Shown here: in pieces, positions 46,287 through 62,588 of the stretch | Numbering within the stretch: position 1 is the first letter of the stretch | Layout: every line of letters starts with the position of its first letter | Assembly (NCBI RefSeq): GCF_009914755.1 | Contig: NC_060939.1 | Source: the human T2T-CHM13v2.0 reference genome, Homo sapiens | Strand: one strand, 5' to 3' | DNA length: 64,000 nt | Position numbers and translations under genes: made by a program | Notes under the pieces: generated by a model | Told to the model about the DNA's origin: nothing | The model's database searches: none | The model's input: only the letters and a program-made list of their open reading frames with translations

Positions 46287-46992
46287 TGTTACAGTGGGCA
46301 GCTAGTCAGGCATAAACAGGAGGAGAGAGCCACCCCCGCCTCACCACCAGGAATGTCAGGCGAACATTAGGTGATGGTCGGGCGGTTGTTAACAGTTTCT
46401 CTTAAGGAATCATCCGTCACAGCCAGCTCCAGGGAAAGGCAGTCTCCCTATAGATAGGAAAAAACCTGAAACAAGTGATCAGTAGCTTCCTGATAAGATC
46501 AGGAATTGGGTGAGTGGGCTCACACATGTGAGCTCAAAGGCAAAATGGTGGAGTTTCACTGGTATATGACCTTATAGGAACACTTGACTGGAAAGGGGAG
46601 AACATCTCAAGTGAGCATGCGTACAACTCTAGGAAACACACTGCGCATGCTCACCTCCCAAGTGCTGGCAGGCCACTGTGCATGCCAACAGGCAACCCCA
46701 AGGAAAGAATGAGGGGAGAAGGGACGCAAGATCCCGGAAGTATGCCAACGTATAAAACCCCAAGTCAAAAGCTCAAAGCTCACTTGTCTTTCAAGTCACC
46801 CACTTAGCCCTCTTCCAAGTGTACTTTCCTTCCTTTCATTCCTGCTTTAAAGCTTTTTAATAAACTTTCACTCCTGCTCCAAAATTTGCCTCGGCCTCTC
46901 CTTCTGCCTTATGTCTCTCAGTCGAATTCTTCCTTCTGAGGGGGCAAGAACTGAGGTTGCTGCAGACCTGTACAGATTTGCCGCCAGTAACA
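46287..46992 (+). mobile_element. MER50 (ERV1) solo LTR
   Basis: CCAGGAATGTCAGGCGAACATTAGGTGATGGTC; TG...CA ends; TATAAAA at 46751 and AATAAA at 46859. Confidence 0.85.
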
Positions 46993-48029
46993 TTTCTTGT
47001 CTGTCTACCCCACTAGAATGTCAGGCCTTATCACTGCTACCGGGATAATGTAGAGGGACCTATCATGTAGAGGGACAGGGTACACATCTGTAGATTTAGT
47101 AAGTGGAGAAATATGAAGTCCGGACTCATTGGCCATGAGAGTTCTGGCAAGGAAGAGGCCAGTCAGGACAGCTGCTGGAGGGCTGGACCATGAACAGGAC
47201 CTCTGCCAGTTGAAGCATGCCCTCTGCTTTAGTGCCTTGTTACATATACCCTGGTCTACTCATCACTCATGGTGCCATCAGACACTCCATCTCAGAGCCT
47301 GCAGTGAGTCCAGAAGAGAACAGGGCCCCAAACAGAAGGAAGTCCTGCAGTCACTCAGCCCACCATCCCAGGAGGCATTGCACAAACTCTGCTGTCATCA
47401 ACATGCCCCTGGGGGTCTTACACTCCCACCCTGGACTAAGACCTCCTCCTGATGCCTCACAGTGCTCTCCGTGAGAGGAGTGTTGAGAAACACACTTCTA
47501 GGGGGTTCTGCTGTCCCCTACAGACCAGCGCTCAGTCATTCCTCCTGGATCTAGCTCTGGTATGGCTTTGCAGGCTTCACTCACAGTCTTGCCCTGAATC
47601 TGGGCTCCACTGTCTCCCTGTCTGACACATCTGATCTCTCTGTTTCAGTAGAGCTCCAACTACCGTCTACTTCCTGCAACTGGCCTGCTGCCAACTCCCC
47701 AGATCTCTTGTGGAGCTGCCGGAAGAGACAGCCTGCCACAGAAGAAAGCAGCCCTCCTCTTTCATGGCCTCCCACATCTTGAAACAAACACAAGCAAACA
47801 AAACAAAAGCTTGAGTCCCAGCCTGATTCACCAGGTTTGGTTCCCAATTGTTGAAATTCCCTTCCCAGGGCTCTCAGAACCAGGGTTGGCTGGAGGGGTG
47901 AAAGAGGCTGGCCCTGAGCCCAGTAATAGGACACCAAGGGGGAGCTAAAAGCTGGGATCTGGGGTGAAGATGGGGTCTTCCAAGCTGGGAGGCAGACACC
48001 AGGCCAGAGCAACCGGCCTGCCCCAGCTC

Positions 48030-48640
48030 AGGCCTCTTAACCCATGCAGGGCAAGAGTATAAACAGAGGCCACGGACCACATGCCTCAGTATTTAAACTT
48101 ATAAATCAAGCTAACATAACATGAAATCAAATATGTTCTATCCTCCTAGCTTGACAAATACTTTCATAACGAGATGGAATGCCAGGTTCAGATTTAGAAT
48201 TTTCACACTCCTTAAAGTTCCAAGTCAAAATACAGCATTAGGGGAGGGCCCCCAACCTCGAGGTCTCCCCTCCCCCATTTTCTTTCACTCCCAGCTCTGT
48301 CTCACACCACGAGGGATCTTGGGTGAATGCCCCTCGATACCCCAGCCCCCCACAAACAGCTGCCCTTTCCCCCCTTGGCCAAGGGTAAGCACAGCAGCAG
48401 GGCAGTCTGCCCTTGGCTGGAGAGATGGAAGGAGAGGCCACACGGGCCCTGAAAATGCATTTGGGGACTCTTGGGCAGGAAACTTGGGAGTTTCTGGAGC
48501 CTCAAGGAGGGTCTAGTGGGACAGAGCCACTTGGGCCCATGAGATCCTTGACCCATGGAGAAGGGTAGGGCTAGAGGAGGGCCAGGGCAGGCCCTATGAA
48601 CAGAAGAACCTAGAGTAACTGCCCTGTCCCCAGATCCTGT
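48030..48640 (+). mobile_element. MER115 (hAT-Tip100)
   Basis: GGGCAAGAGTATAAACAGAGGCC...TATAAATCAAGCTAAC...ATATGTTCTATCCTCCTAGCTTGACAAAT. Confidence 0.8.
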
Positions 48641-49108
48641 CACCGAGCAGGTATACTTGGGAGGGTATTGGAGGGTGGAACCCAAGGGAGCTTGCCCAAG
48701 GCACTAGGAAAGAAAAGTGTAAACCTTGTTAGAGAATGCTAAGGATAGCTGTTAAAGCCTCAGAGATTTTACTCATTTTTGGCTGTTTCTAAAAATCTTC
48801 CCCCAAAGGAAGATCTTGCTCTCATTGAGGATCTGAGAAAGAATTCTCTCCAAGTAGTTTCAAAACATTCTGATGTAAAAACTCTGGTGTGTTAGTCAAA
48901 AATAAATTTTGTTGCTTGATGGCTTCACCATTCACAAAATATTCTATCCATCCAATTTAAAAATAAGAGCAGGGTATTTAAAACTCTTTCAATAAACACA
49001 AATTAAAACAATGAAGCTTGAATTATTGTTTTAACCTTGTTTTTTAATTGTGATCAGCTTAAGGGAGAGATATCAGGGGAAATGGGAATAAAAAGATACA
49101 GTGATTCA

Positions 49109-49427
<319 letters not shown>

Positions 49428-49735
49428 TCTCAGCAAACTAACACGGGAACAGAAAACCAAACACCGCATGTGCTTACTTGTAAGTGGGAGCTGAACAATG
49501 AGAACACACGGATGCATGGTGGGGAACAACACACACTGGGGCCTGTGGGGTGGGGGCAGGGGGAGGGAGAGCAACAGGATAAATAGCTAATGCATTCAGG
49601 GCTTAATACATAGGTGACGGGTTGATGGGTGCAGCAAACCACCATGGCACACATTTACCCATGTAACAAACCTGTACATTCTGCACATGTATCCCAGAAC
49701 TTTAAATTTAAAAATTTTTTTTTGGAAAAAAAAAG
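49428..49735 (+). mobile_element. L1PA 3' end
   Basis: CTCAGCAAACTAACAC...AGTGGGAGCTGAACAATGAGAACAC...GTAACAAACCTGTACATTCTGCACATGTATCCCAGAACTT. Confidence 0.93.
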
Positions 49736-52700
49736 AATACTACGCAGATGAGTATTCTCACACTGGTGCCTTTTAAGACACAGTTGCTACAGATTTTAAG
49801 ACCATGATGTATTTTTACAGCCACAGGACCAACAGCGATATCATCTCTAGCTACTTGTCCTGTGAGTTGTATGAACTTGTTCTGTCATAGACTCCCAGTC
49901 TCTCAACCCTTCCTAGCACTGTCTGGGCATGAACTTCTAGCCTGAGATCAGGGAGGGGGTCCATCTTATTTGCTGGTTTCATAAAAGCATTAAGCCAGTG
50001 GTAAGAATCAGGCATCTGAATCACCAGGACTCTTTTTGGTCGCTGTGTCAATCTGTTGACCATAATAACTAATTTTCAGATAGGACTGGAACCTCTTAAA
50101 ATGTGGCATCCATATTGTCTCTCATGGTCCTTTCTATAGCCCTATAGTGAAGGCCAGGTGCCCATCCCTAGGTACAGAGAAGGAAACAAGGAACAGAAAG
50201 GTGGAGCTTCTTCCCTGGGGTTTGAGAGCAAGTTCGCTGCTGGCAGAGTCAGGATAAGAACCAAGAAGAAACCAGGTCCCTGCCTCCTGGTGCTCTGTGC
50301 TTTCCACTTGGCCTCCCTCTCGTCTGCCAGCTGCATCTGTTGTCACTGGAGAAGAGCAGGGTGTCCAGGCTCCTGAGCATCTCCTGACTCAGCCCTTGAT
50401 GCACACAGTGACCAAGGGGGGAGTCATTCTGGGCCCTTCTGATGAGAAGGCATGGGTGGAACCAGCTGCGTGTGGCAGGGGAGGACCCAAGAGCTGACTC
50501 TGGGAGGACCCGTTTCTGAGAAGCAGAGGAAAAACAGGGCCCAATGGTGCCTTGAAATTAAACACATGGCATCCAGGTGGGCCAAATATGGAAACAAAAT
50601 AACAGCCATACTCTGGGAAATCACCATCCTGGCCACATCTGAGGACACTGGTCCAGATTAAAAGGGAGAGAGGGAGGGAAAAGGGGCAAGCCAAAGAGGC
50701 TGAGCTACTGCCAGGTTTGCCCCTGAGGAGAGACGCCAGGGCTACTGTTCTAAGCTGCGGCTGTGACTGCTGGATGAGCCACAGGAAACTGTCATGGGGA
50801 TGGCTGTAAGAGGCAGAGCTGAATAAACACATGCTGGATGACAGAATGACTGCATGGACGAGCAGGTGGATGACTGGAAGGAATGGGACAAAATGAAGGG
50901 AACCAGTGCTCAGTCATCCTTGTTTCCACAGGCAGAGGGTTCTGGTTGCATTTGCCTCTGTATTTCTGGAACTGTTTTTCGATTTGGAATGTTGGATTCT
51001 GGCTTTAACCAAATTTATTATTATTTGTATTTAACTGAAGTGGGCATGTAATGACAGCAGCCAAACTCCAGTGAAGAAACTCCCTCAATACATAGCTTGT
51101 TGGAAGACACCAAAGGGGGGAATACACTTGACCCCTCATCTCCTCTCTTACCACCTTCCCACCCACCACCAGCCCAGAAAGAGCACCCATTTCTGCCCTA
51201 GAGGAACTCTGAGGTCACCTTTGCAGAAATGTTGTCACCGGCCAGGTCACACCGGACCTTGCTGCTAACATTGGAATGGAGACCCACTATCCAAAAACCA
51301 CATCTAAACCTATCCTTGTTTTTATCCAGTCCCTGACAAGAATTTACAAAAATACCGACTTGTGACTTGACTGCGAGGGGCCTTTGTTGTTTAATTTTAA
51401 GAGTACTTCTGTCCGTGCAGCAGAGAAAATAGAGCACTCATCTTAGGGGCAGAAAACCTGGGCTCTGTTCTCAAGTGAGACATTTTATCACTTTGGATCT
51501 GAGTTTCCTTATTTGCAAAATGATATGATCTCTACCTCTCACAGGATGTTGTAGAAATCAAGTTGCAAATTAGATGATGCGTCTGAGCATTCTTTACAAA
51601 GATAAGCCACTCGTGATAATATTCATCAAGTGTCTGCTTGGTGCCAGGTGCAGTTTTAAGAGCTTTACATGAATCGGCTCATTTGATCTTCACAACACCA
51701 TGAGGTGGGCACTGGTATTACCCACACCCTCAATGAGGAGACAAAAATGCGCCCCCAGGACCACTCAGCCAGGTAGGGGAAGCCCTGAGAAACACAGCCA
51801 GGTAGTCTGGCTGCAGAGCCTGCGCTGTGAGAATGACACATTCTTCTGGGTGTCAAAGCCATCGTTAGAGTCTGACCATAACTTCATCAAGCCTGTCCAT
51901 GTTGGAGGGGATGGTTGGGTGGTATTGGCATTGACATTCCAACCAAAGGCTGATTCCAACATGTGTACAAGGACCACCATTATTGCACATATTTGTCTGA
52001 AACCATTGGTAGAAATGTTTCTGTGGATTAGTGGCCCATGAAATTGTCACAGAAAAGGAAACGGAAGCTCAAGGAGGTTAACAGCCTTAGACCAAGTTCA
52101 CCAAGCCAGGAAGCAGCATGAGTGGGATTTGAACCCAAGTTCCCAGAACCCACAAATCTGCCTTATGCCAGGTCACCTCACATACATCCTGTTTAGATGC
52201 TGAGCCCAGACAGCCTGGACAATGGGACAAAGTGAGGGAGCACACTGTTCTCCTGCCAATGGGGGTTCTATATGAATAATAAACAATAGTACAAAGACAC
52301 AGGCGTGGCCAGGCAAAGGGATCATTTTGGAGTATGGGATACTCTCTGGGAAAGAAGACATGAACAGGACACAACAGTGGGGCCTGGGATAGGGCTGTGC
52401 AGTGATCATAGGGCAGCTCGGGACGCCAGAGGCAAATGCACAGACTCCAGAATCTTCCCTCAGGCCATCCTGGTGATGAACATACTTTCCCCACCCATGG
52501 CCCTGCCAAGTGGCTCTTCTGCCCAGGGGACCTCATCCCTGGTACACATCGCCTATGTGGTTCCTCAGTGGGGGCCTGGTCTCTGAGCTCACCTTGGCAT
52601 GTCTGGAAGTCCCATACCCTATGCTTTGGAAGGCTAGAAACATACTTCTCTTTAAATGGGCAAGCCCCTCCCCGCACCATCATGCTGTTTAAAAATAAGA

Positions 52701-53868
52701 GTGGACCAAAACAGCAAGTTGGACTCTCAAACCCCTGTGCTTTTCATCCTGGGCCAGAAAACCATGGGGATGATTTCCAAAGCTCTTTCATTTGCCCAAA
52801 TAGGGTGCCCACCTCACACTCTCCAAAGACATTCTTCAGTATAGCCCCAGACAGGAGCTCAGAGCATTTTGAGCAACTTCGGAGCTCAACTGAGTCACAG
52901 CTTTGACTTTTTTTAGGTCAAGACTACTCATCTAAATAAGGCACAAGAGAAACTGGTGTTTTAAGCCCTTGTGACAAGATGAAAATAGCTCCCCCGCCTT
53001 CCTCTTCCCCACTCTTCCACCTTCAACACCTAACTTACAGAAGTCACCAGTCTGTGGCCAAGGATCGTAATTCAGACTGTGGTTAAGGGAATACCCGCCG
53101 GGGAGGCTCCTCTGTTAGCTTTGGACCAACAAGTGAGGCCAGGCTTCTGGCCGCTGGGCTCTGGCTTGGTCCTGGAGACCCCAAGTCTCTGAGATGTGAG
53201 AGATGACATGTGCAGGGTCTGATCACCGGCCATGTGAAGGCACCAGCTGACCAAACAGAGTGGCCATAAGCTGTGGCCTTGGAGAAGCTGCACATCTGGC
53301 TGATGGGCAATCATAGCTGCCTTTCCGGAGCATGTCCCCAGTAGGGATTCACATAGAGTCACTGCTAAGGTGAGGTTCAAGAGCGAGCACCCCGCACAGA
53401 AGAACAAACTGGAGACGAGAGTGAGGACCATGGTCAAGTTCCACTAAACTGGGCCCTGGTCTTGTTCACTGTTTTCTTGTGTGTCTTGTTCACTGTTCTT
53501 CCTAACATCTAACACGGTGCCCAGCTCATAGTAGTCTTCCAGTGGAAAAAGTTTCTCTTCTGGTGGCTACAGAATCAGTATGCTGTCTTGGAAATGTCAG
53601 ATGTTTCAGTCCCAGTTCTGTTGAGTAACTTTAGTCCACAGTTTCTTTATCTATAAAATGGGTATAAGTCCCCCCAACCCGCCTTCCTCCCAAAGTTACA
53701 GCAATTAATAGGGGAATACTTTGAAAACTGAAAGCCTCTGGTAAACTCAAGGAAGTCTAAGTCTTGCTGATGGGGGGTGCTCTTCCTCTCAGCTCTTACG
53801 GTGCCCCAGTTTTAAAGCAGTTAGAACCTTGCAAGTACATAGCTGCGAATTATTTCTTTTGATCATTA

Positions 53869-54183
<315 letters not shown>

Positions 54184-54185
54184 CT

Positions 54186-54497
54186 GGCCAGATGCGGTGG
54201 CTCACGCCTGTAATCCCAGCACTTTGAGAGGCTGAGGCAGGCAGATCACGAGGTCAGGAGATCAAGACCATCCTGGCTAACACGGTGAAACCCTGTCTCT
54301 ACTAAAAAATACAAAAAATTAGCCATGCATCATGGTAGGCGCCTGTAGTCCCAGCTACTCAGGAGGCTGAGACAGGAGAATGGCATGAACCCAGGAGGCA
54401 GAGCTTGCAGTGAGCCGAGATGGTGCCACTGCACTCCAGCCTGGGCAATAGAGCAAGACTCCGTCTCAAAAACAAAAAACAAAAAAAAAAAAAAGAA
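54186..54497 (+). mobile_element. AluY-like, tandem with the previous copy
   Basis: AluY diagnostics GACCATCCTGGCTAACACGG and GAATGGCATGAACC. Confidence 0.95.
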
Positions 54498-55527
54498 AGA
54501 TAAGATCTTGACATTGAACAGACTTTCATATCTGTTCTTGGTTATGGCACTGAAATGTGGCCCCTCCTGTGAGGGTCCTCTTGGGCCAACATCCACTGAA
54601 GGGACATTAACTGTCATGTTTAAGTAACTAACTGTGATCTCAATATTCACATCTCAGCAGTTAACCGTGAAGAAGCAGAAATTCTTCACCTCTCCTATGC
54701 ACATTAAAATAGAACTGACCGCTGTAGTATCCTTTTTAAAAATAAACTGATCTTTAAAGGAAGATTTCTTACCCTTGAAAAGATTCAAAGGAAAGTGCTT
54801 ACAGACATTGAAAGTATTTCTGAAAGGAGAGTTCCCCAAAGGCTTGGAGCATTGATTTTCAACCCTCTACACATTAGGATCATCTGCTGAGATTTGAAAC
54901 ATCCCCATGCTTTGTCCCCACCTTTGAGTCTTTTGTACGCTAATGAAGGGCCTGGCAAATTGGTGAATACAAACATTAGCTACTATTCAGTGCATGCCTG
55001 TCCCGTGGGCAGGCACTAGGACAGGTGTTTGATCAACAGAATTTCATTTGCTCCTTTCTTAAGTGATATGAGTTAGTATTATTCCCATTTTACAGATGAA
55101 GAAACTGAAGCCCACAGACACTAGGTAACTTATCCAAGATCACCCGCAGACTCCTGGGTTTATCCAGCAGCAAGGATGAAGAGGCAAAGAGAGGTTAGGC
55201 TTGGGACCAACCAACAGAACAACAGGAAGACCATGCTTTTGTGAACTGTTGCTTTCCTCCTTCCCACCTCAGGTTGTTTAACAGGCTGGAGCCACCTATA
55301 AGGTTACCATCCAGAACTGCTGAACCATGGTGCTAGGTCTGACTGCACCTGAATCCAATCAGAGCAATGAAATGAATCCAGGTGTGCCCCACTGTGTGTG
55401 CAGGGAGAGGGTGGAAAACTAAAATGATGACAAGGCAGTTAAATGGGTAGTTTTGAGCAATCACTTGGGAACTTAGCTCAGCAAACCATGGCTGCCCTTT
55501 TCACCCTGGGAGACTCCACTGATTCCA

Positions 55528-55705
55528 TCAGTGGGTCTGAACCTTGGCACATTGGAATCACCTGCCAAAGTACTTTAAAATACTGATATCCAGTAGACCT
55601 GCCTCCCAGAGATTCTGACTGAATTAGGCAGGTGGGGTCAGGGCTTGGGGATTTTTCAAATCTTACTAGTTGATTCTAACATGCAGAGGGTTGAAAAATC
55701 ACTGC
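55528..55705. mobile_element. MER5-family element
   Basis: CAGTGG...CACATTGGAATCACCTG...AGAGATTCTGACTGAATT...TGATTCTAACATGCAG...ATCACTG. Confidence 0.75.
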
Positions 55706-56489
55706 GCCAAGCCTTTGGGGGAGCTCTTCTTGTAGAAATACCTTCAATGTCTGTGGCACTTTCCTTTGAAGCTTTTCAATGGTAAGAAATCTTCCTTTAA
55801 AGATCAGTGGGATTTTTGAAGAGCAGCTAAAAGTTATTCAGAACTGAATCTGCTGATTAAAAGTGAGCCATCCTTCTTTGTCCAAAACAAAGTGAGATGC
55901 CTGAAGACGTGTGTCTGGGTTCCTTGTGGGGGTCTGAGGTGGTTTCAATGGCAATAATTCACTAAGCGTCTGCTACACACCAGAAGCTTTCTGGAGCTCA
56001 CGGCTGGTTCTAGGGATCAGTGGGGACCAGGATTCAGGCCTCCTTGAATTTCCTGCCACTGGGGCTTCCTCAGGCTGGTGTCCATTTGAGAAACTTTGCC
56101 TGTGTCTCTATCTCCATGTGGAGTCGTGGCCTCAGGACCTTTGCTTCTGAGGCAAAGATGCTCTGGGGCCAGCTTCTCACCAGGCTGTATTTGATCCCAA
56201 GATGCAGCCTGGGGTTGAGGGTGAGTGACTGCCCCGTTCCCTCCTCTGTGCCCACAGGTCCTGCTCAGCTTGCTTTATCTCTTGATGGAGCAGTACCAGA
56301 AGCAGGTTAGAAAAAGAATCAAGTGTGAGAGAGGAACAAAGCTCTGAGACAAAGAGAAAGGGAGCCCATGACCCAGCAGCCTTTTGTGGGAATACTGTGC
56401 CCTCACCACTAACATGATGTAGCCTTAGCAAGAGTCTGAGCAACTCTAGACCTCAGTTTCCCCAACTGTAAATAAGGGAGATTAAAATG

Positions 56490-56772
56490 AGGTGGGCGCA
56501 GTGGCCTGTAATCCCAGCACTTTGGGAGTCTGAGGCGGAAGGATGGCTTGAGCTCAGGAGTTCAATAACAACCTGGGCAATAGAGAGAGACCCCATCTCT
56601 ACCAAAAATTTAAAAATTAGCCAAGCGTGGTGGCACATGCCTGTGGTCCCAGCTACTCAAGAGGCCGAAGTTAGAGGATCGCTTGGGCCCAGGAGGTCGA
56701 GGCTGCAGTGAGTTGCAATCACACCACTGCACTCCAGCCTGGGTAACAGAGTGAGACCCTGTCTCAGAATAA
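56490..56772 (+). mobile_element. Alu (AluJ-like)
   Basis: Dimer inserted in a MIR. Confidence 0.93.
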
Positions 56773-58374
56773 AATGGATGAGCTTCAAGGTCCTTCTCAG
56801 CTTTACGATGCTGTGATTGTGAGATGCTATAGATCTGAATTTTAAAAATCAAGACTAGATGTTAAGATACATGTATTACAACTCTGGCTTCTGCTACCCA
56901 GGGGGAACAGCAATGGGTGGGCACAAAAAGTGGCACAAAAACATTGTGTGAAAGTCAGAGATGAATCTTGATGGCCCGTGTTTTGTTCTAGATGTACCCA
57001 CGTGAGACCTTCCCAGAAAAGGCTGGGGACATTCCCATGATGCCAGAGTGAAAGAAATGTCTTTCTTTGATGCCATTTATGTAATTATCGTCATGTCTGT
57101 GGTGGTGGTGGTTGTGGACGTAAGAGGAAACCATTCTGGGTGGGGAGGCCTTTTGCAGGTACCACCTAGCAGCTCGATTGTTTCAGGTGGAGACAAGACT
57201 TGCTCATTAATCCTCATGCTTCTGAGGAGGCCTCACCACCAGAGGAGGTGGTGGGGCTGATAATGTGGGCCTCATGAAACAGTGTAGCTTCATGCTGAGA
57301 GTGGAGTCCATCAGCTCTATGTTTCCGATCTTGGTCTTGCCATCTACTAGCTGTGTAACTTTGGGCAACTATTTCACCTTTCTGAGCCTTTATCACTGGA
57401 AAATAAGTGGGGATAGTATCCACCTTGCAGAATGTAGGGCAGTTTAGATACCACAATGTCCATCAAGCACTTGGCACATAATAAATGATAATGGCACAGT
57501 AGCTGAAAAAGCACTACAACCTCCAGGTGTTCTGCCACTTAGGCGATTTGAATCACCTGCACTATTTATTGCAGCATCTACCTAGCAAACCTCATGCCAG
57601 GTGAAACTAGCCATTTACCTGGGAAAGGAAAGCTCCCCAAAAAGCAAAGGCAACTGCTCATGGAAGGAGAGAGGGATCCTCAGAGCCAAGACTTCAGGGT
57701 CTAGTTCCTGCTTTTCCTGCCACCCTTTTGACAAAGCAGGACTCTGCTCCCCATCTTTGGGGGCAGAAGCACTAAATTACAGCCTTCCCCAAAACATCCT
57801 AGCAAGAACATAATATAGATGCAAAGCTTCATTGTAATTCCTAAACCCAAATTATTCAAATGCGGGCTAGAGAACAGCCCAGCATAGGAGGACCTGGCTG
57901 GAGGGTGCCCACGTGGTCTCCTGGAAGCCTCTGGCTGACAATTCTAACCCCAGGCTAAATGCATAATGTGCTTATTATACATTTAAGTATATTGCTGATG
58001 TTTTGAACAGACAGCTTCAACAACATTTCGGTATGTAGCTATCATTAAGGAGAGTTTTTAAAAATAAGATCCTTTGTACTTGGGGGGGTGGGGTGGTAAG
58101 GGAGAAAGGGTATCAACATGATGCTGTAATCTGATCTTTTTAGCTTTCAAATGATGTCACTTAATGACTTGGACCTAAATACACTCAGGAAGCTTAGGCA
58201 GCCCCAGTGCGCAGCTGCCTGTGTTGGAGAGGATCTGAAAGTCCTGCCTATCCTGGAGTGCCTTCTTCACCACTTTGCACCAGGCCTAGGGTTGCCCCCA
58301 TTAGTTACTCTTTTGGGTCATGGTCCCAAAGGGAGAGAAGAGAAGGGACAGCAGAAGTTAGCTTTGTTAGCTCA

Positions 58375-58532
58375 CTTGACATTGGAATCACCTGAGAGCT
58401 TTAACAAATACTGATGGCTGGCCTCACCCCCTGGAGAGTCTGATAATTTGTCCCAGGTGCAGCCTGGGCATTGGAATTTTTTTTTAAGTTCCCAGATAAC
58501 TCCAATGTGCATCCAAGGTTGAGAATCATTGC
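58375..58532. mobile_element. MER5-family element
   Basis: CATTGGAATCACCTGAGAGCTTT...CCAAGGTTGAGAATCATTG. Confidence 0.75.
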
Positions 58533-58944
58533 CCCTGTGCCCTCTCACCCCAACACTCAACCCTCACCTCTCCGTCTTCTTCTACTGCAGCCCTGGTCAG
58601 TCCAGCAAGCCCTGGGGCTGAGCAAACACAAATAACTCCACTGCGAGATAGGGATCATGATCTCCATTTTGCAGATGAAGAAACTAAGACCCCAGAGAGT
58701 CTGTTACACAACTTTGCCCAAGGTCACACAAGTAATTAATAGCAGACTAGATCTCTCTGGCTTCAAACTGGTTCCCAGTTCATCGGGCTGCCTTGATAAC
58801 TTGGGAGCATTAACTCATTAAGCTGTTAATACATCAGAGGATTTCATTTATGGTAATAATGGCCCCTTACATTTTTATGGAGCTGTTAGGGTTCACAAAG
58901 CACTTTCATATACTTTGACTTTTTTTAAGCATTATTCCTCCATT

Positions 58945-59125
58945 TTATTATTTTTAAAATTTATTTTAGGTTCTGGGATACATGTGCAGAACGTGCAGAT
59001 TTCTTACATAAGTAAACATGTGCCATGGTGGTTTGCTGCACCTATCAACCCATCACCTAGGTATTAAGCCCCACATGCATTAGCCGTTTGTCCTGATGCT
59101 CTCCCTTCCCCCGCCCTCTTCCCCC
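58945..59125 (-). mobile_element. L1PA 3' end fragment
   Basis: GGTTCTGGGATACATGTGCAGAACGTGCAG...GGTGGTTTGCTGCACCTATCAACCCATCACCTAGG. Confidence 0.9.
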
Positions 59126-59538
59126 ACATATTCTTCCGTTTTAAAAATGAGGAAACTGGAGCCCAGAAACATTGTCTTCCTCATGGTCACAAGATAGAGG
59201 AACCAGAATTTGAGCTCAAATCTTCTTACTCCTCATTTCAAAGAAAGAAGTACAATGAGAAACTGGGAGCCTGGTGGGTGTAAATTTTTTGGATGTAGGG
59301 CAGATTGAAAAGTTTCAGAGCAGGGCAAGATCTCAGGTTCTCCAAAGGTGGGAACTGAAGAGACATCAACACCCAGGAGGTGCAGAGAGAGAGAGACTGT
59401 GGTCCAATGTTAACAACTGGTGAATCTCATCGAAGGGTATACAGGTGCTTGTTGTATGGTCTTTGCAACTTTTCTGTATGTTTTCAAATTTTTTAAATAA
59501 AAGGAAAAGTACGAGTAGTTTTAGAAATACCCAAATAG

Positions 59539-59863
<325 letters not shown>

Positions 59864-61011
59864 TCAAGGTGAGCTGTGAAGAACCAGAGAAAATACTTTT
59901 TTTTTCTGAAACTTGGCTGTTGTTTCTAAAAGCACAAAAGTTACTGAATTGTTTGCCTATGTTACTGCAGAAGTGGGAAAATATTGTGTCAAGTAAGCAC
60001 TGTACATGTCAGGAGTCACTGGGTGAGGTTTAAGTTAATCTTTTAATTGAAAATGCAAATAAAAATAGTAATTTGTGTTGACCTCGGCAATATTCTTCTA
60101 TAAACATAGATTTATTCAGACTTTACAATTACTTAGTACCCTTTATAATTTAATAGAAATGAAAAAGTATATATAGCAGACTACTATATTAAAATAGCTG
60201 CACAAAGAATGTATCTCCTCTTAATTGTTCTATAAAATCCCATGGAAATTTTTGTTCTGGAATGTTGCACACCCTATAATTTTAAAAACAAGCGTTAGAA
60301 ATGTAAAATGTTTAAACATACAGGCCATTGTAATACCCTTTATCATAAAGAGATAATATGCAAAAAAGTTGAAACAACACACATTTTGTTATGTTACTCT
60401 CCTACCTAAAGACTCTGAGTGCCCCTTTAAGTCAACAAAAGGCCATGCCCCTTACTTGGGCAGTCATAACCCTCACAAGTGTCTGCAACCCACTTTCCAG
60501 AAGCCTCTCCCTCCTCTGCCCCCAGGCACTCTACCAGCCAGCCAGGCCAGGATTCCTGACTCTTCCCTGTCCTTCCTGCCAGGATCTTTGCAAATACTCT
60601 TCCCTGGCTGGAAGGCCCCTCCCCTCTCTGAGCAAGTGCCTGGCTTCTCCAAGTCACTGTCCAACCTCAGCCACGCACCACCCCCCACCCAAGCAGAGGT
60701 GGCCCTGCCCCTGTCCTGTTGGCAAACGTCCTTGGTGTAGCACTCGCCTCCTTGTATTTTAAGGACATGATAGTGGGATTTTCCTCATTTCCAGAATTTC
60801 CCAAGAGCCAACAGCTGGAAACGTTTAACATTTTTAGAGCACCTCCAGCTGCGGGGTCAGCTACCCCTGTATAAACTTTCTGAAAGGCACAGCGCCATTT
60901 CTGCAGCGCCAGTACCTCATTTCTCCCCCAAAACCCCACCACTCCACCTCCAATCTCTGCAAGATGCATTGGGATGAGGTTGATGATTAACTTTGTAGAG
61001 AGTACAGCTGA

Positions 61012-61833
<822 letters not shown>

Positions 61834-61939
61834 GTCCCATATGTTAAAGCCAACAATGTGCGCACCAAGATAATTGCCCCAAGACAATCTTTCATAGAGC
61901 CACAGAGATTTCTGCCCTGACCAGAGCTGCGGGCATTAG

Positions 61940-62367
<428 letters not shown>

Positions 62368-62588
62368 TCTCCCTTCCTCTTTTCCTTTCTTTCTACCTTC
62401 CACAAATAGTACCAGGACCTATGCTAAGTAATTTAAAAAAAGAAATATTAATTGCATACATGTCTCCTACTTGCTCCCAGTCTGCAGGGAAACAGTTATA
62501 ATTTGTCTTACAATCCAAGCGCTATAATGTGGAAGAGAAAAAGCCCCAGAGGCACAGAGCCAACTCTTCCCAAGCAGTGATATTAGGG

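Noticed and set aside
52087-52906. Longest non-Alu ORFs (198 aa minus, 156 aa plus)
   Set aside because: No recognisable domain, overlapping ORFs on both strands, partly MIR/L2-like sequence and no splice or promoter support; consistent with chance.
57048-57260. Hydrophobic peptide SFFDAIYVIIVMSVVVVVV resembling a channel pore helix
   Set aside because: The valine run comes from a (GTG)n stretch, and there is no selectivity-filter motif or exon context.
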